A stretch of 64,000 nt of DNA from Dehalococcoidia bacterium. GTDB taxonomy: Bacteria > Chloroflexota > Dehalococcoidia > DSTF01 > JACRBR01. A program made the position numbers and the translations under genes. Below are positions 54,596 to 64,000 of the stretch, piece after piece (position 1 is the stretch's first letter; every line of letters starts with the position of its first letter). The DNA lies in NCBI GenBank assembly GCA_021731085.1, contig JAKFYB010000015.1:81745-145744 (forward strand), written 5' to 3'. The notes below the pieces were generated by a model. It had not been told where the DNA came from. It ran no database searches and worked only from the letters and a program-made list of their open reading frames with translations.

Positions 54596-55884
54596 TGCTC
54601 GGATCCGTCCCGACGACACCTAAGAGCCTGGAGACCTACCGCAGCATCATTGGCGATGCCGCTACCGATGAAATCCTCCGCCTCGGCGAGGAGCTTCGCG
54701 GCGCGCGCGTGCTGCATGTGAACGCGACGGCGTTTGGCGGCGGCGTGGCGGAGATCCTGGGAACGTTGATCCCGCTCATGAACGATGTCGGGCTGAGCGC
54801 GGACTGGCAGGTCATTCGTGGGGCGGACGAGTTCTTCAATGTCACGAAGGCGATGCACAACAGCCTCCAGGGCATGTACTACGACTGGACGCCAGCGATG
54901 CGCGAGACGTGGTTGCACTACAACTCGCTGAACGCGGATCTGTTCGACGACACGTACGACTTTGTGGTGATCCACGACCCGCAGCCGGCAGCAATACCCA
55001 CCTTCCTCAAAGAGAAGACAGGCAGCCGCCACGGCAAGTGGGTCTGGCGCTGTCACATCGACCTGACGGAAGCGCAGGTGCAGGTGTGGGACATGCTGCG
55101 GCCGCATGTCGAGCAGTACGACGGAGCGATCTTCACGCTGGACAAGTATGTGAAGGACGACCTGGTCGGGCCGGAGATCTACTGCGTGCCACCTGCAATC
55201 GATCCGCTGAGCCCAAAGAACCACGGACTGGGGCGCGAGACGGTCGACGAAATCCTGACGCGCTATGGCGTCGATCCGAAGCGCCCGATGATCACGCAGA
55301 TCTCGCGGTTCGATCCGTGGAAGGATCCGCTCGGCGTCATCGATGTGTATCGCGCGTGCAAGAACGAGATCCCGGACCTGCAACTCGTGATGATCGCGTC
55401 CATGGCCAGCGACGACCCGGAGGGGTGGGACTGGTACGAGCGCACGGTTCGTCGCGCGGGCGAGGACTTCGACATTCACATCCTGTCCAACCTGAACGGC
55501 GTCGGCAACATCGAGGTAAATGCGTTCCAGAGGGCGGCGCGGGTCGTCATCCAGAAGTCGATCCGTGAGGGCTTCGGCCTGGTCGTGTCGGAAGCGCTGT
55601 GGAAGTCACGGCCGGTCGTGGCGGGCAACGTCGGCGGCATTCCGCTGCAGATCCGGGATGGCGAGACGGGATTTCTTGTCGGTTCCGCTGAGGAATGCAC
55701 GGAAAAGCTGCTCCGGCTGCTGCACGATCCGGCGCTGGCTGACCGCATGGGCGCGGCGGGCGTCGAAGATGTGCGGGAGAATTTTCTGACAACGCGCTAT
55801 CTGCGAGACTACCTGCGCATCTTCTGCGGCCTCACGGGACGCGAGAGCGAGCCGGCGGCTGCCTACCAGCGCGTGACACCCTGA
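54595..55884 (+). CDS. treT: trehalose glycosyltransferring synthase (NDP-glucose + glucose to trehalose)
   Basis: Strong recalled similarity to archaeal/bacterial TreT ([69 protein letters not shown]); GTG start overlapping the upstream stop. Confidence 0.8.
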   Translation: MLGSVPTTPKSLETYRSIIGDAATDEILRLGEELRGARVLHVNATAFGGGVAEILGTLIPLMNDVGLSADWQVIRGADEFFNVTKAMHNSLQGMYYDWTPAMRETWLHYNSLNADLFDDTYDFVVIHDPQPAAIPTFLKEKTGSRHGKWVWRCHIDLTEAQVQVWDMLRPHVEQYDGAIFTLDKYVKDDLVGPEIYCVPPAIDPLSPKNHGLGRETVDEILTRYGVDPKRPMITQISRFDPWKDPLGVIDVYRACKNEIPDLQLVMIASMASDDPEGWDWYERTVRRAGEDFDIHILSNLNGVGNIEVNAFQRAARVVIQKSIREGFGLVVSEALWKSRPVVAGNVGGIPLQIRDGETGFLVGSAEECTEKLLRLLHDPALADRMGAAGVEDVRENFLTTRYLRDYLRIFCGLTGRESEPAAAYQRVTP

Positions 55885-55898
55885 TCGGGGCAACATCG

Positions 55899-57194
55899 AT
55901 GAAACGGGTTGTCGGGCTTATTCTCGCGGGCGGCCAGGGCGATCGGCTAAGCGTTTTAAGCGAGGAACGCGCGAAGCCGGCCGTGATCTTCGGCGGCAGG
56001 TACCGCATCATCGACTTCACCTTGAGCAACTGCGTGAACTCCGGCATCACGCGCGTTGGCGTGCTGACGCAGTACCGGCCGCGCTCGCTGAACGACCACA
56101 TCGGCATCGGACGGCCGTGGGACCTCGACCGGCAGGGTGGCGGCGTAACCCTGCTCCAGCCGTACCTCGGGCGCGACAGCAGCGATTGGTATCGCGGCAC
56201 CGCTGATGCCGTGACGCAGAACATCTATTTCTTGGAAGAGACCAAGGCCGAGATGGTGCTCGTCCTCGCGGGCGATCACATCTACAAGATGAACTACGAC
56301 GAACTCATCGCTTACCACCTGGCGAACGAGGCTGACGTGACGGTGCCGCTGTATGAGGTGCCGATGGCAGACGCGCATCGCTACGGAGTGCTGTCCGTGG
56401 ACGGCTACGGGCGAATCATAGAGTTCGACGAAAAGCCGGCGGAACCAAAGTCCAACCTGATCTCGATGGGCATCTACTGCTTCAACCGGCTTGCGCTGAT
56501 CGACGCGTTGATTGCCGACTCCGAAGACCAGGCGTCGACGCATGACTTTGGGCGCGACGTGATCCCACGCATGGTCGAGAAGGACAACGCGCGGGTCTTC
56601 GGGTGGAAGTTCGACGGCTACTGGCGGGATGTCGGGACTATCGAGTCGTACTACGATGGCAACATGGATCTGCTGACAGACCTACCCGAGTTGAATATGT
56701 ACGACCCCGACAGCCGCATACGGACGAACGAGCCGGGGTATCCACCCGCGAAGATCGGCTGGCGGGCGTACTTGCAGCGCTCGCTGCTCGACCTGGGATG
56801 CATTGTGAACGGCCACGTCGAACATTCTGTGCTGTCGCCTGGCGTGTATGTCGAGGAAGGAGCCGTCGTGCGCGATTCGATCATCTTCGACGACTGCCGC
56901 ATCGAAGCCGGCGCCATCGTCGAGCGATCGATCTTGGACAAGGAAGTTACCGTTGGAAAGAACGCATATGTCGGCTATGGCGATGACTTCGCGGTGAATG
57001 GCGAACGGCCGGACATCGTGAACACGGGCGTGACGATCGTCGGCAAGCGGGCGACCGTCGAGCCGTACGTGCGCATCGGGCGCAACTGTGTCATCGGCGC
57101 GAACGTTACGGTGGACAAGCGCAACGCGGACGGCTACTTGCCCAGCGGCAAGACGATTCGCGCCGAGATCAAGGAATCGCCCTACCGCGTTTGA
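55899..57194 (+). CDS. glgC: glucose-1-phosphate adenylyltransferase
   Basis: [26 protein letters not shown]-terminal left-handed beta-helix. Confidence 0.85.
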   Translation: MKRVVGLILAGGQGDRLSVLSEERAKPAVIFGGRYRIIDFTLSNCVNSGITRVGVLTQYRPRSLNDHIGIGRPWDLDRQGGGVTLLQPYLGRDSSDWYRGTADAVTQNIYFLEETKAEMVLVLAGDHIYKMNYDELIAYHLANEADVTVPLYEVPMADAHRYGVLSVDGYGRIIEFDEKPAEPKSNLISMGIYCFNRLALIDALIADSEDQASTHDFGRDVIPRMVEKDNARVFGWKFDGYWRDVGTIESYYDGNMDLLTDLPELNMYDPDSRIRTNEPGYPPAKIGWRAYLQRSLLDLGCIVNGHVEHSVLSPGVYVEEGAVVRDSIIFDDCRIEAGAIVERSILDKEVTVGKNAYVGYGDDFAVNGERPDIVNTGVTIVGKRATVEPYVRIGRNCVIGANVTVDKRNADGYLPSGKTIRAEIKESPYRV

Positions 57195-57294
57195 TTGCAA
57201 ACTCACAGCCGGGGACGGCCGTGCCACATCCCTCCCACGCGGCACATACTGGCGTCAACATGCGCATACATCACTGGGGGCACATACTTCTCAC

Positions 57295-58593
57295 ATGGCA
57301 ACGATCTACTGGGCGACGCTGCTCCACTTTTACCAGCCCCCGATCCAGATACCGGAGATCCTGCGTAAGGTCGTCGAGGAGTCGTACCGGCCGCTGATAG
57401 AGGTGCTGGGGCAGTACCCGCATGCCCGCGTGACCGTGAACATCAACGGCGTACTGACGGAGATGCTGTACGAGAGCGGGTACGAGGACGTGATCACCGG
57501 GCTCAAGGATCTCGCGACGGCCGGGCAGGTCGAGTTCGTCGGCTCCGGCAAGTACCATCCGATTCTCCCGCTCGTCGATGCGGGAGAGCAGCGGCGCCAG
57601 ATCCGGCGCAATCACCTGACGAACAAGCACTTCTTCGGCGACGCGTACCAGCCGCGCGGGTTCTTCCCACCGGAGATGTGCTACGACGCATCGTTCATCG
57701 ATACGGTCGCTGAGGCAGGGCACGAGTGGCTGATCATGAGCGGCGTCGGCTGCCCGGTGGAGTGGCCGACGAACAAGATTCACCGCGTGTCGTCGGCCGG
57801 CGGAGGCGAGCTTTCGGTCGTGTTCCGCGACGATGTGCTGAGCAACAAGATCTCGTTTCAGGACCTCGACGGGCGTGGCTTCGTGGAGCATCTGCGGGCA
57901 ACGCACGGTGACAACGGCGACAGCTACATCGTGACGGCAATGGACGCGGAGACGTTCGGCCACCATATCGAGAACTGGGAGCAGTTGTTCTTGGGTGAGG
58001 CATACGAGGCTGTCGCGCCGTACGCGGACGTCGTGCAGACACGGCCGCTCGCGGCTAGCACGCGGACGTTGTTGACGACGATGCCGCAGGACGACAGTGA
58101 ACAGATCGAGACGGTGACGATCAGCCGGCTGCTGGAGGTGTTTCCGGCGGGCGATGTGATCGAGCCGCTGGCGTCGTCGTGGAGCACGACGCGGGAGGAC
58201 CTCGATGCTGGCGTGCCGTACCCGTTGTGGAAGGCGCCGGGGAACTACATCCACAAGCTGCAGTGGGAGCATGTGGCGCTGTGCGGCGGACTGGTCGAGA
58301 TCGCACAGCAGGTTGCGGATACGGACGTCAGCAAGCGCCATGCGGAGATTGCGCGCGGTTTGCTTGATCCGGCGCTGCACTCGTGCCAGTTCTGGTGGGC
58401 GAGCCGGCGGCCGCACTGGGACATCAACATGATCTCACGCGGGCTGGCGCAGCAGGGCGAGGTGGTGCTGAACGCGTTTCGCGCTATCAACCTCAGCAGC
58501 GCGGGCGACGATGTGAAGCGGGATGCGTACTACCAGGTCGTCGCAGCGAACGACGTGCGGGCGAAGCTTCGCGACCAGTTGTACTGGGATTAG
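57295..58593 (+). CDS. glycoside hydrolase family 57 protein
   Basis: YWATLLHFYQPP N-terminal GH57 signature and AMDAETFGHH catalytic region; ATG 57295 within the longer track ORF. Confidence 0.75.
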   Translation: MATIYWATLLHFYQPPIQIPEILRKVVEESYRPLIEVLGQYPHARVTVNINGVLTEMLYESGYEDVITGLKDLATAGQVEFVGSGKYHPILPLVDAGEQRRQIRRNHLTNKHFFGDAYQPRGFFPPEMCYDASFIDTVAEAGHEWLIMSGVGCPVEWPTNKIHRVSSAGGGELSVVFRDDVLSNKISFQDLDGRGFVEHLRATHGDNGDSYIVTAMDAETFGHHIENWEQLFLGEAYEAVAPYADVVQTRPLAASTRTLLTTMPQDDSEQIETVTISRLLEVFPAGDVIEPLASSWSTTREDLDAGVPYPLWKAPGNYIHKLQWEHVALCGGLVEIAQQVADTDVSKRHAEIARGLLDPALHSCQFWWASRRPHWDINMISRGLAQQGEVVLNAFRAINLSSAGDDVKRDAYYQVVAANDVRAKLRDQLYWD

Positions 58594-58617
58594 GGCCGTC
58601 GTCCGGCGATGTCTGGT

Positions 58618-60939
58618 TTAGCTGACGAGAGCGGCCGGTTCACGATCGACGTCCTGGTCGACCACGATTTCCGGCGACAGCAATAGCTGCTGGAGGAGAA
58701 CGCGCACCGCGGCCGGATCGGCTACGCGGTACGGCGCGATGCTCGGGCCGTCACCCACTCTGAGGCAGATCGCGTCGGCGGGCAGCGCTGCGAAAAGGTC
58801 TTCATCGGTGCGGTCATCGCCGATCGCGAGCGTGTGCGCCTGCGGGTCGGCCTCGGAGAGGATGAGCGGGACGACGACGCCCTTGTGTACGCCCATCGGG
58901 CGCACTTCAACGACCTTCGAGCCGGACAGCACTTGCATGGGCTCATTGCTAAGAAGCTCAGCGAGCAGAAGGCGCAGCTCCTTCGCCTGCTGGTCACCGA
59001 AGTCGTTCTGGTCATCGAACTCCGCGGTGGCGAGGCGATAGTGCCAGGCGATGGACGCCGTTTTTTCTTCGATGAAGCTGCCGCGCGTGGTTGATGTGAA
59101 GTGCTCGAAGATCGGGCGCACTTTGTCTTTGAGGCGCGGGTGTACAGGCCGAACGAGAATCCACGGTTCGCCAGCATGCAGCCGCGACCAGAGGCCATGC
59201 TCGGCGTGGAGGCCGATGGGCATATGGCCGAGCCAGCGATCCATCGACTGGCGCGCGCGGCCTGTGACAACGTGTACGCGGGTGCCGGGCCGTGCGGCTA
59301 GCTGTTCGAGCAAGCGGAGGAGTTCGGGATCCGGCTGGGCCGCGTCCGGTGTCGCGGCGAACGGCATGATCGTGCCGTCGTAGTCGAGGATGAGCGTGAG
59401 GCTCGGTGCGGTCTGGAGCGTCTGTGCGATCACCATCGGCGACGCGGTTGGCTCGAGGGCGAGCTCGCGCGCCTGCAATTCGCGCCGGTTGCGGCGCATG
59501 GCGTCGAGGAACGACTGTGACCAGCGGTCGGCGTCGTGGCTCATCACGCGGAGACGGAGCGCGCGCATACGCGAACGGCGTTCCATCGCCGGCATCAGCA
59601 GCGCCTGGCGGATGCGGTGGGCCATCGCCTCGATGTCATAGGGGTTTACCTGCAACGCCTCACCAAGTTCGGATGCGGCTCCCGCGAACTCGCTCAAGAC
59701 AAGCACACCGTCCCGGTCCGTGCGGGATGCAACGAACTCCTTAGCGACGAGGTTCATGCCGTCGCGAAGCGGCGTGACAAGCATGACGTCGGCGGCCTTG
59801 TACAGCGCGGTGACCTCCTCTTCGGAGAGTGACCTGTGCAGCGAGTGGATGGGCACCCAGCCGGGTGTGCCGTACGTGCTGTTGATGCGGCCGACCAGTT
59901 CGTCGATTTTGCGGCGGAGATCCGCATAGGGTCCGATTTTTTCACGCGAGGGAACCGTTACTTGCAACAGGCGGACGCGTTCTGCGAGCGAAGGGTCGAG
60001 CTGAAACAGGCGTTCGAGCGCGAGGAGCCGGCGCCCGATGCCCTTCGTGTAGTCGAGGCGGTCGATTCCAACGAGGAGCTTCTTTTCGCCGCCTTCGCTG
60101 CGGATCTCCTTCATGCGTTCGATCACGCCGGGCTGCTCGGCGCGTTCCTCCCACGCGGCGGCATCGATGCCCATCGGGAATACGCCGAGGCGCACTTCGT
60201 GGCCCTGCACGAGAACGCGATCAACATCGACATCCACACCGAGCACACGCCGGAGCGACGTCGCGAAGTGGCGGAGGTACGGGGGCGTGTGAAAGCCGAT
60301 CAGGTCTGCGCCAAGCAAGCCTTCGAGAATTTCCTCTCGCCAGGGCAGAATGCTGAAGACTTCCGACGACGGAAAGGGAATGTGGAGGAAGAAGCCGATG
60401 TTCGCGCCGGGCAGCCGTTCGCGCAGCATCTTCGGGAGGAGCATCAGCTGGTAGTCGTGGATCCAAATGAGGTCGCCGGGTTGATACTGGGCGACCACGG
60501 CGTCGGCGAACTTTTCGTTGGCCTCGCGGTAGGTCTCCCAGCCGCGGGCTTCCTGCGGTACCTGATCGACCATGTAGTGAAACAGCGGCCAAAGGACGCC
60601 ATTCGAGATGTCGTCGTAGAAGCGGCGCACTTCCGTGCGGGACAGGTGAACGGGCACACAGCGCAGTTCGGCGAGACGTTCGTCGAGCTCGCTGCGGCGC
60701 TTGGCGCGCAGCTTGGGCAGCTCACCCGGCCAGCCAATCCAGAGGCTCCCGGAGCGTTCATGCGGGCCGCGAAGCCCTGTCGCGAGCCCGCCGCTGGAGG
60801 ACTCGACATGGACCCCGTTCGCGTCGACGACGGCGGTGACTGGCAGGCGGTTCGAAACGAGAAGCAACCGCCCGGAGCGCTGCTCTGTCGATGGTCGATT
60901 GGTATCCAGAGATGCATCCTTCGCTCGCAAACGGCACAC
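58618..60939 (-). CDS. bifunctional trehalose-6-phosphate synthase / trehalose-6-phosphate phosphatase (OtsA-OtsB fusion)
   Basis: N-terminal GT20 ([18 protein letters not shown]) and C-terminal HAD phosphatase (ILDYDGTI). Confidence 0.85.
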   Translation of the reverse strand: MCRLRAKDASLDTNRPSTEQRSGRLLLVSNRLPVTAVVDANGVHVESSSGGLATGLRGPHERSGSLWIGWPGELPKLRAKRRSELDERLAELRCVPVHLSRTEVRRFYDDISNGVLWPLFHYMVDQVPQEARGWETYREANEKFADAVVAQYQPGDLIWIHDYQLMLLPKMLRERLPGANIGFFLHIPFPSSEVFSILPWREEILEGLLGADLIGFHTPPYLRHFATSLRRVLGVDVDVDRVLVQGHEVRLGVFPMGIDAAAWEERAEQPGVIERMKEIRSEGGEKKLLVGIDRLDYTKGIGRRLLALERLFQLDPSLAERVRLLQVTVPSREKIGPYADLRRKIDELVGRINSTYGTPGWVPIHSLHRSLSEEEVTALYKAADVMLVTPLRDGMNLVAKEFVASRTDRDGVLVLSEFAGAASELGEALQVNPYDIEAMAHRIRQALLMPAMERRSRMRALRLRVMSHDADRWSQSFLDAMRRNRRELQARELALEPTASPMVIAQTLQTAPSLTLILDYDGTIMPFAATPDAAQPDPELLRLLEQLAARPGTRVHVVTGRARQSMDRWLGHMPIGLHAEHGLWSRLHAGEPWILVRPVHPRLKDKVRPIFEHFTSTTRGSFIEEKTASIAWHYRLATAEFDDQNDFGDQQAKELRLLLAELLSNEPMQVLSGSKVVEVRPMGVHKGVVVPLILSEADPQAHTLAIGDDRTDEDLFAALPADAICLRVGDGPSIAPYRVADPAAVRVLLQQLLLSPEIVVDQDVDREPAALVS

Positions 60940-61184
60940 GGGCGACTAGCATCGCCGCGCACATCGTCGTGCCGCGTCCTTCTCTGGCCTACGAGGTTAG
61001 CTGTCGGGTTCGGTCTGAGAAGGTGACCTACCCGCCGCCCGAAGGCGAGATTCACCCCGCGAAATGGTCCCCCCGCTCCGCAAGCTGTTGCGGATTCGGC
61101 CGTCCCATACAGGGTAGCAAAACAGGCGAGCGGCTTTCTCGCACCCCTCATGGAGGCGATCGCCGTCGGGATTGCAGGTACGTA

Positions 61185-61646
61185 TCAATCGGCGACTTCG
61201 AAGATGAATTCGGCCTCGACGCTGGCCCCCATTGGCAGCTCAGCGACTCCGATCGCGGCTCGCGCGCCTAGACCTACGTCGCCAAATACGTCGCGGAGGA
61301 GGTCGGAAGCGCCGTTGGCGACCGAAGGCTGTTCGCCAAATCCCGAAGCTGAGGCGACGTACACATTCGACTTCACAACGCGCGTCACCATCGCGAGTGA
61401 TCCGACCTGCTGGCGAACGACGGCAAGGGCCTGGATGGCGCACAAGCGGGCGGCCTCCTGCGCCTGGACGACCGTGACTTCGGCGCCGAGCTTGCCGGGA
61501 TACAGGATGGCGCCGTCTCGAACACCAATCTGCCCTGACACGAAGACGAGGTTCCCCGTGCGGACGGCGGGAACGTAGGCCCAGCGCGGCGCAGGCACGG
61601 AAGGCAGCTCGATACCAAGCTCAGTCAGTCGTTCGTCAGGGGACAT
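61185..61646 (-). CDS. RidA/YjgF family protein
   Basis: 153 aa chorismate-mutase-like fold with typical RidA blocks. Confidence 0.75.
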   Translation of the reverse strand: MSPDERLTELGIELPSVPAPRWAYVPAVRTGNLVFVSGQIGVRDGAILYPGKLGAEVTVVQAQEAARLCAIQALAVVRQQVGSLAMVTRVVKSNVYVASASGFGEQPSVANGASDLLRDVFGDVGLGARAAIGVAELPMGASVEAEFIFEVAD

Positions 61647-61807
61647 GTGTCGCCTCCAAAGTCGCTGAGGGAATGATGGATCTTTAACAAGTTGTCGGGA
61701 ACGGCTTAACAGGGGGTGCGTATGATGGCTCTGTAGACAACAGCGCTGTGACCATGCTCCCCCGGTCGCAGCGCTGTTTCTTTTTGTCCGCCCGTGCGCG
61801 GGCTGTG

Positions 61808-62242
61808 CTACTTCACGACAACCTTTACTTCATCCGGCGGGTAGAAGATCCCTGTATAGGCGATGTTCAGTGTGTACTCGCCGGGCGCGTTAAAGCGGAC
61901 ATAGGCGGAGTCGCCGAGCCCAGCTGCGGCCTCGATCAAAACCGTGCCCGGCGGGATGGGTTTCTCGTCGTAACCTGGAGCTTCGGGCAACTGCTCGACA
62001 TCATCGCTCGCGAGCCTCAAGGAGCGAGGTAACGACGACTGATTGTTCAGTTGGAGCTCGATGATTTCGCCGGCCTCGACCTGAATGTCGAGCGGCCAAT
62101 GTTCCTCGTCGGCAACGGAGATGATGACCGTCCGAGCGGGGCCGGCATCAGCGCCACCGCCGGTGACTTGCGCGAGGATCACGAAGCCCGCGCCGATGAG
62201 GATCACCGCCGCGAACAAGGCGCCGAGTGTGTACTTGAGCAC
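61808..62242 (-). CDS. hypothetical membrane-anchored secreted protein (beta-rich, cupredoxin-like size, no metal ligands)
   Basis: N-terminal TM/signal anchor; no family recognised. Confidence 0.45.
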   Translation of the reverse strand: MLKYTLGALFAAVILIGAGFVILAQVTGGGADAGPARTVIISVADEEHWPLDIQVEAGEIIELQLNNQSSLPRSLRLASDDVEQLPEAPGYDEKPIPPGTVLIEAAAGLGDSAYVRFNAPGEYTLNIAYTGIFYPPDEVKVVVK

Positions 62243-62376
62243 GTAGGTTCAGCCGTTCCTGCGTGGCGTTGGGTGTGACACGCCAAGATAGACGGTAGCC
62301 GGTCGATCTGACAAACGTAGGCTACCCGGTGGGCGTATCCTCGCTCGTCAAGGTAGCCGGCGGCGGACGCGCTAAC

Positions 62377-63411
62377 ATGCCGATCCAGGGCACGGAGGAG
62401 TCGATGCAAGAAGATCAGGGCCCCGTTCACGCACCGGAGTTCCCGGCGAGTTCGACCTGGCTGCAGGGCGGGCCGCTGACGGTGGCCAGCCTGCGCGGGC
62501 GGCCGATGCTGATCGACTTCTGGGACTACACCTGCGTGAACTGCATACGGACGCTGCCCTACGTCAAGGAATGGCACCACAGGTATAGCTCACTGGGGCT
62601 GACGGTTGTCGGCGTTCATGCGCCTGAATTCTCGTTCGCGCGCGAGGCCGGCAACGTGCAGCGTGCGGTACGCGTGCACGGCATTGAGTATCCCGTTGTT
62701 CTCGACAACGAGTACGCCATCTGGCAGTCGTACGCGAACCGTTACTGGCCGGCTAAGTACTTGATCGACGGGAAGGGCTACATTCGCGGCTACCATCACG
62801 GCGAGGGCGCATATCGCGAGATCGAGGAGGCGTTGCAGGCGCTGCTGCGCGAGTCCTTTCCAGAGATCCTGCTTCCGGGCCTGATGGATCCTGTGCGAGA
62901 CGAGGACAAGCCGGGGGCCGTCTGCTACCGCGTGACGCCGGAGCTGTATCTCGGGTACGCGCGCGGGAGTTTCGGCAACGTGAAGGATATGCAGCCTGAC
63001 AAACCGGCGACGTACACGGACCCCGGCAAGCACACGGACGGCGTAACGTACCTCAGCGGCGACTGGTTGATGTCCGGCGAGTACCTGGCGCGGCCGGCGG
63101 GTGCGACGGGTGTGAGCAGCCTGACGGTGCCGTACATGTCGAAGGACGTTAATCTCGTCATCCACCCGCCGACGTATGGCGGCGCCGCGACAATCAGCGT
63201 GACGCAGGACGGCGAGCCGTTGGCCGTTGAGGATGCCGGCGACGACGTGAAGGTCGGCGCAGCCACGTCCGTCGTGACGGTGGATGCGCCGCGGATGTAC
63301 CGGCTGGTGAGCAATCGAGACATCGATCGCCACGAGCTGACACTGACGACGACGTCTGACGGCGTGTCGATGTACGCCTTCACATTCACTTCCTGCGTGA
63401 TGCCCGAATGA
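62377..63411 (+). CDS. thioredoxin-fold redoxin (CxxC) with about 200-aa C-terminal beta-domain (DipZ C-terminal-like)
   Basis: FWDYTCVNCIRTLP motif; ATG 62377 preferred over the track start. Confidence 0.65.
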   Translation: MPIQGTEESMQEDQGPVHAPEFPASSTWLQGGPLTVASLRGRPMLIDFWDYTCVNCIRTLPYVKEWHHRYSSLGLTVVGVHAPEFSFAREAGNVQRAVRVHGIEYPVVLDNEYAIWQSYANRYWPAKYLIDGKGYIRGYHHGEGAYREIEEALQALLRESFPEILLPGLMDPVRDEDKPGAVCYRVTPELYLGYARGSFGNVKDMQPDKPATYTDPGKHTDGVTYLSGDWLMSGEYLARPAGATGVSSLTVPYMSKDVNLVIHPPTYGGAATISVTQDGEPLAVEDAGDDVKVGAATSVVTVDAPRMYRLVSNRDIDRHELTLTTTSDGVSMYAFTFTSCVMPE

Positions 63412-64000
63412 CAGCGACAATCGACGAACGCGCGAAGCAGCTATACGGCGAGGGCTCGGCCTCGCTGGCCGCGCTGTGGGATGAGGATGCCGGCATGTGC
63501 CGCCACGACGGGCATCCGGACTACCACAGCCCGCGCGCAACCCTTGGATATGCCGGCGTGCTCCTACGTGAACCAACGGCCTCGAATGTCGAACGCGCGA
63601 CCGTCGCCATCCGCGCGGCGTTGGGGCTGCAGGAGTTGCGCGAGCAAGACGCGCACTACGGCAACTTCAAGTGGATGCTCGAAGACGAGTGCGTGACCGA
63701 CCTCAACGGCGTGGAGTTCGTGCTCGACGGGCTGAACTTTCTCGTGCGGGAATACGCCGCCGTCATACCGCCTGATCTTGCGACGGAGATGCGGGAGGCG
63801 ATACGCGTCGGACTGATCGCGATCGATCGGCTCGACGTGCATCCCAGTTACACGAACATTGCGCTGAGCGACATCTGCAACAGCATCCTTGGCGGCGAGA
63901 CGATCGAGGACGACCAGTACATCGAACGGGGCGCGCGCAGGCTCGACGAGTGGTTCGCGTTCACGAACCTGTCCGGCGCGCCACATGAATACAACAGCCC
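63408..64000 (+). CDS. hypothetical protein, partial (runs off the window end)
   Basis: ATG overlaps the upstream stop (ATGA); open to the end of the window; not in the track. Confidence 0.4.
   Translation, partial: MTATIDERAKQLYGEGSASLAALWDEDAGMCRHDGHPDYHSPRATLGYAGVLLREPTASNVERATVAIRAALGLQELREQDAHYGNFKWMLEDECVTDLNGVEFVLDGLNFLVREYAAVIPPDLATEMREAIRVGLIAIDRLDVHPSYTNIALSDICNSILGGETIEDDQYIERGARRLDEWFAFTNLSGAPHEYNS

Noticed and set aside
59836-61026. 396-aa plus-strand ORF
   Set aside because: It is antisense to the OtsA-OtsB fusion gene.

Overview
This is a 64 kb, very GC-rich (roughly 65-70 %) bacterial chromosomal segment, densely coded on both strands. I recognise about 60 protein-coding genes and found no rRNA, tRNA, CRISPR array, transposase or integrase. 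F420-dependent LLM/PPOX enzymes, MurT/GatD, TreT and LarB together suggest an actinobacterial or Chloroflexota/Thermomicrobia-like lineage; this is inference only.

Gene content, in order:
- A heterodimeric ABC exporter pair, the first member partial at the window edge.
- A WYL-type regulator.
- A DUF3500 protein.
- A decayed VanW gene.
- An orphan sucD.
- An alpha/beta-hydrolase fused to a class III nucleotidyl cyclase.
- An azlCD-proA block led by an Rrf2 regulator and a polytopic PrsW-like protease.
- A peptidoglycan-modification locus (murT-gatD, divergent from an acyltransferase-3 gene).
- A ccsA-type cytochrome c biogenesis gene.
- Three large Thr/Pro-rich secreted proteins, two of which carry dockerin-like calcium-binding C-terminal modules.
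- An orphan larB.
- A YitJ-type bifunctional homocysteine methyltransferase/MTHFR.
- A TetR-headed F420/quinone/SDR redox cluster.
- A comB homologue.
- A compatible-solute block (two tandem TreT paralogs, glgC, GH57, convergent otsA-otsB fusion).

The most interesting non-genic signals are three families of GC-rich palindromic repeats:
- A REP-like hairpin (consensus CGCGGGCTGAAAGCCCGCGCTCCG) with 9 copies, mostly at gene 3' ends and often paired.
- A composite element (24-bp perfect palindrome GTGATGTTTCACGTGAAACATCAC plus GCGGAGCTGAAGCTCCGC) bracketing one SDR gene.
- A roughly 56-bp palindromic element present once intergenically and once inserted in-frame inside an FAD-dependent oxidoreductase CDS.

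I see no canonical phage-defence or mobile-element system. The candidates for something undescribed are the dockerin-bearing surface-protein set, the repeat-bracketed redox cluster and the duplicated TreT module.

Start codons in this GC-rich DNA are often ambiguous (GTG/TTG). Coordinates of internal starts were derived from the supplied ORF track and may be off by a few codons.
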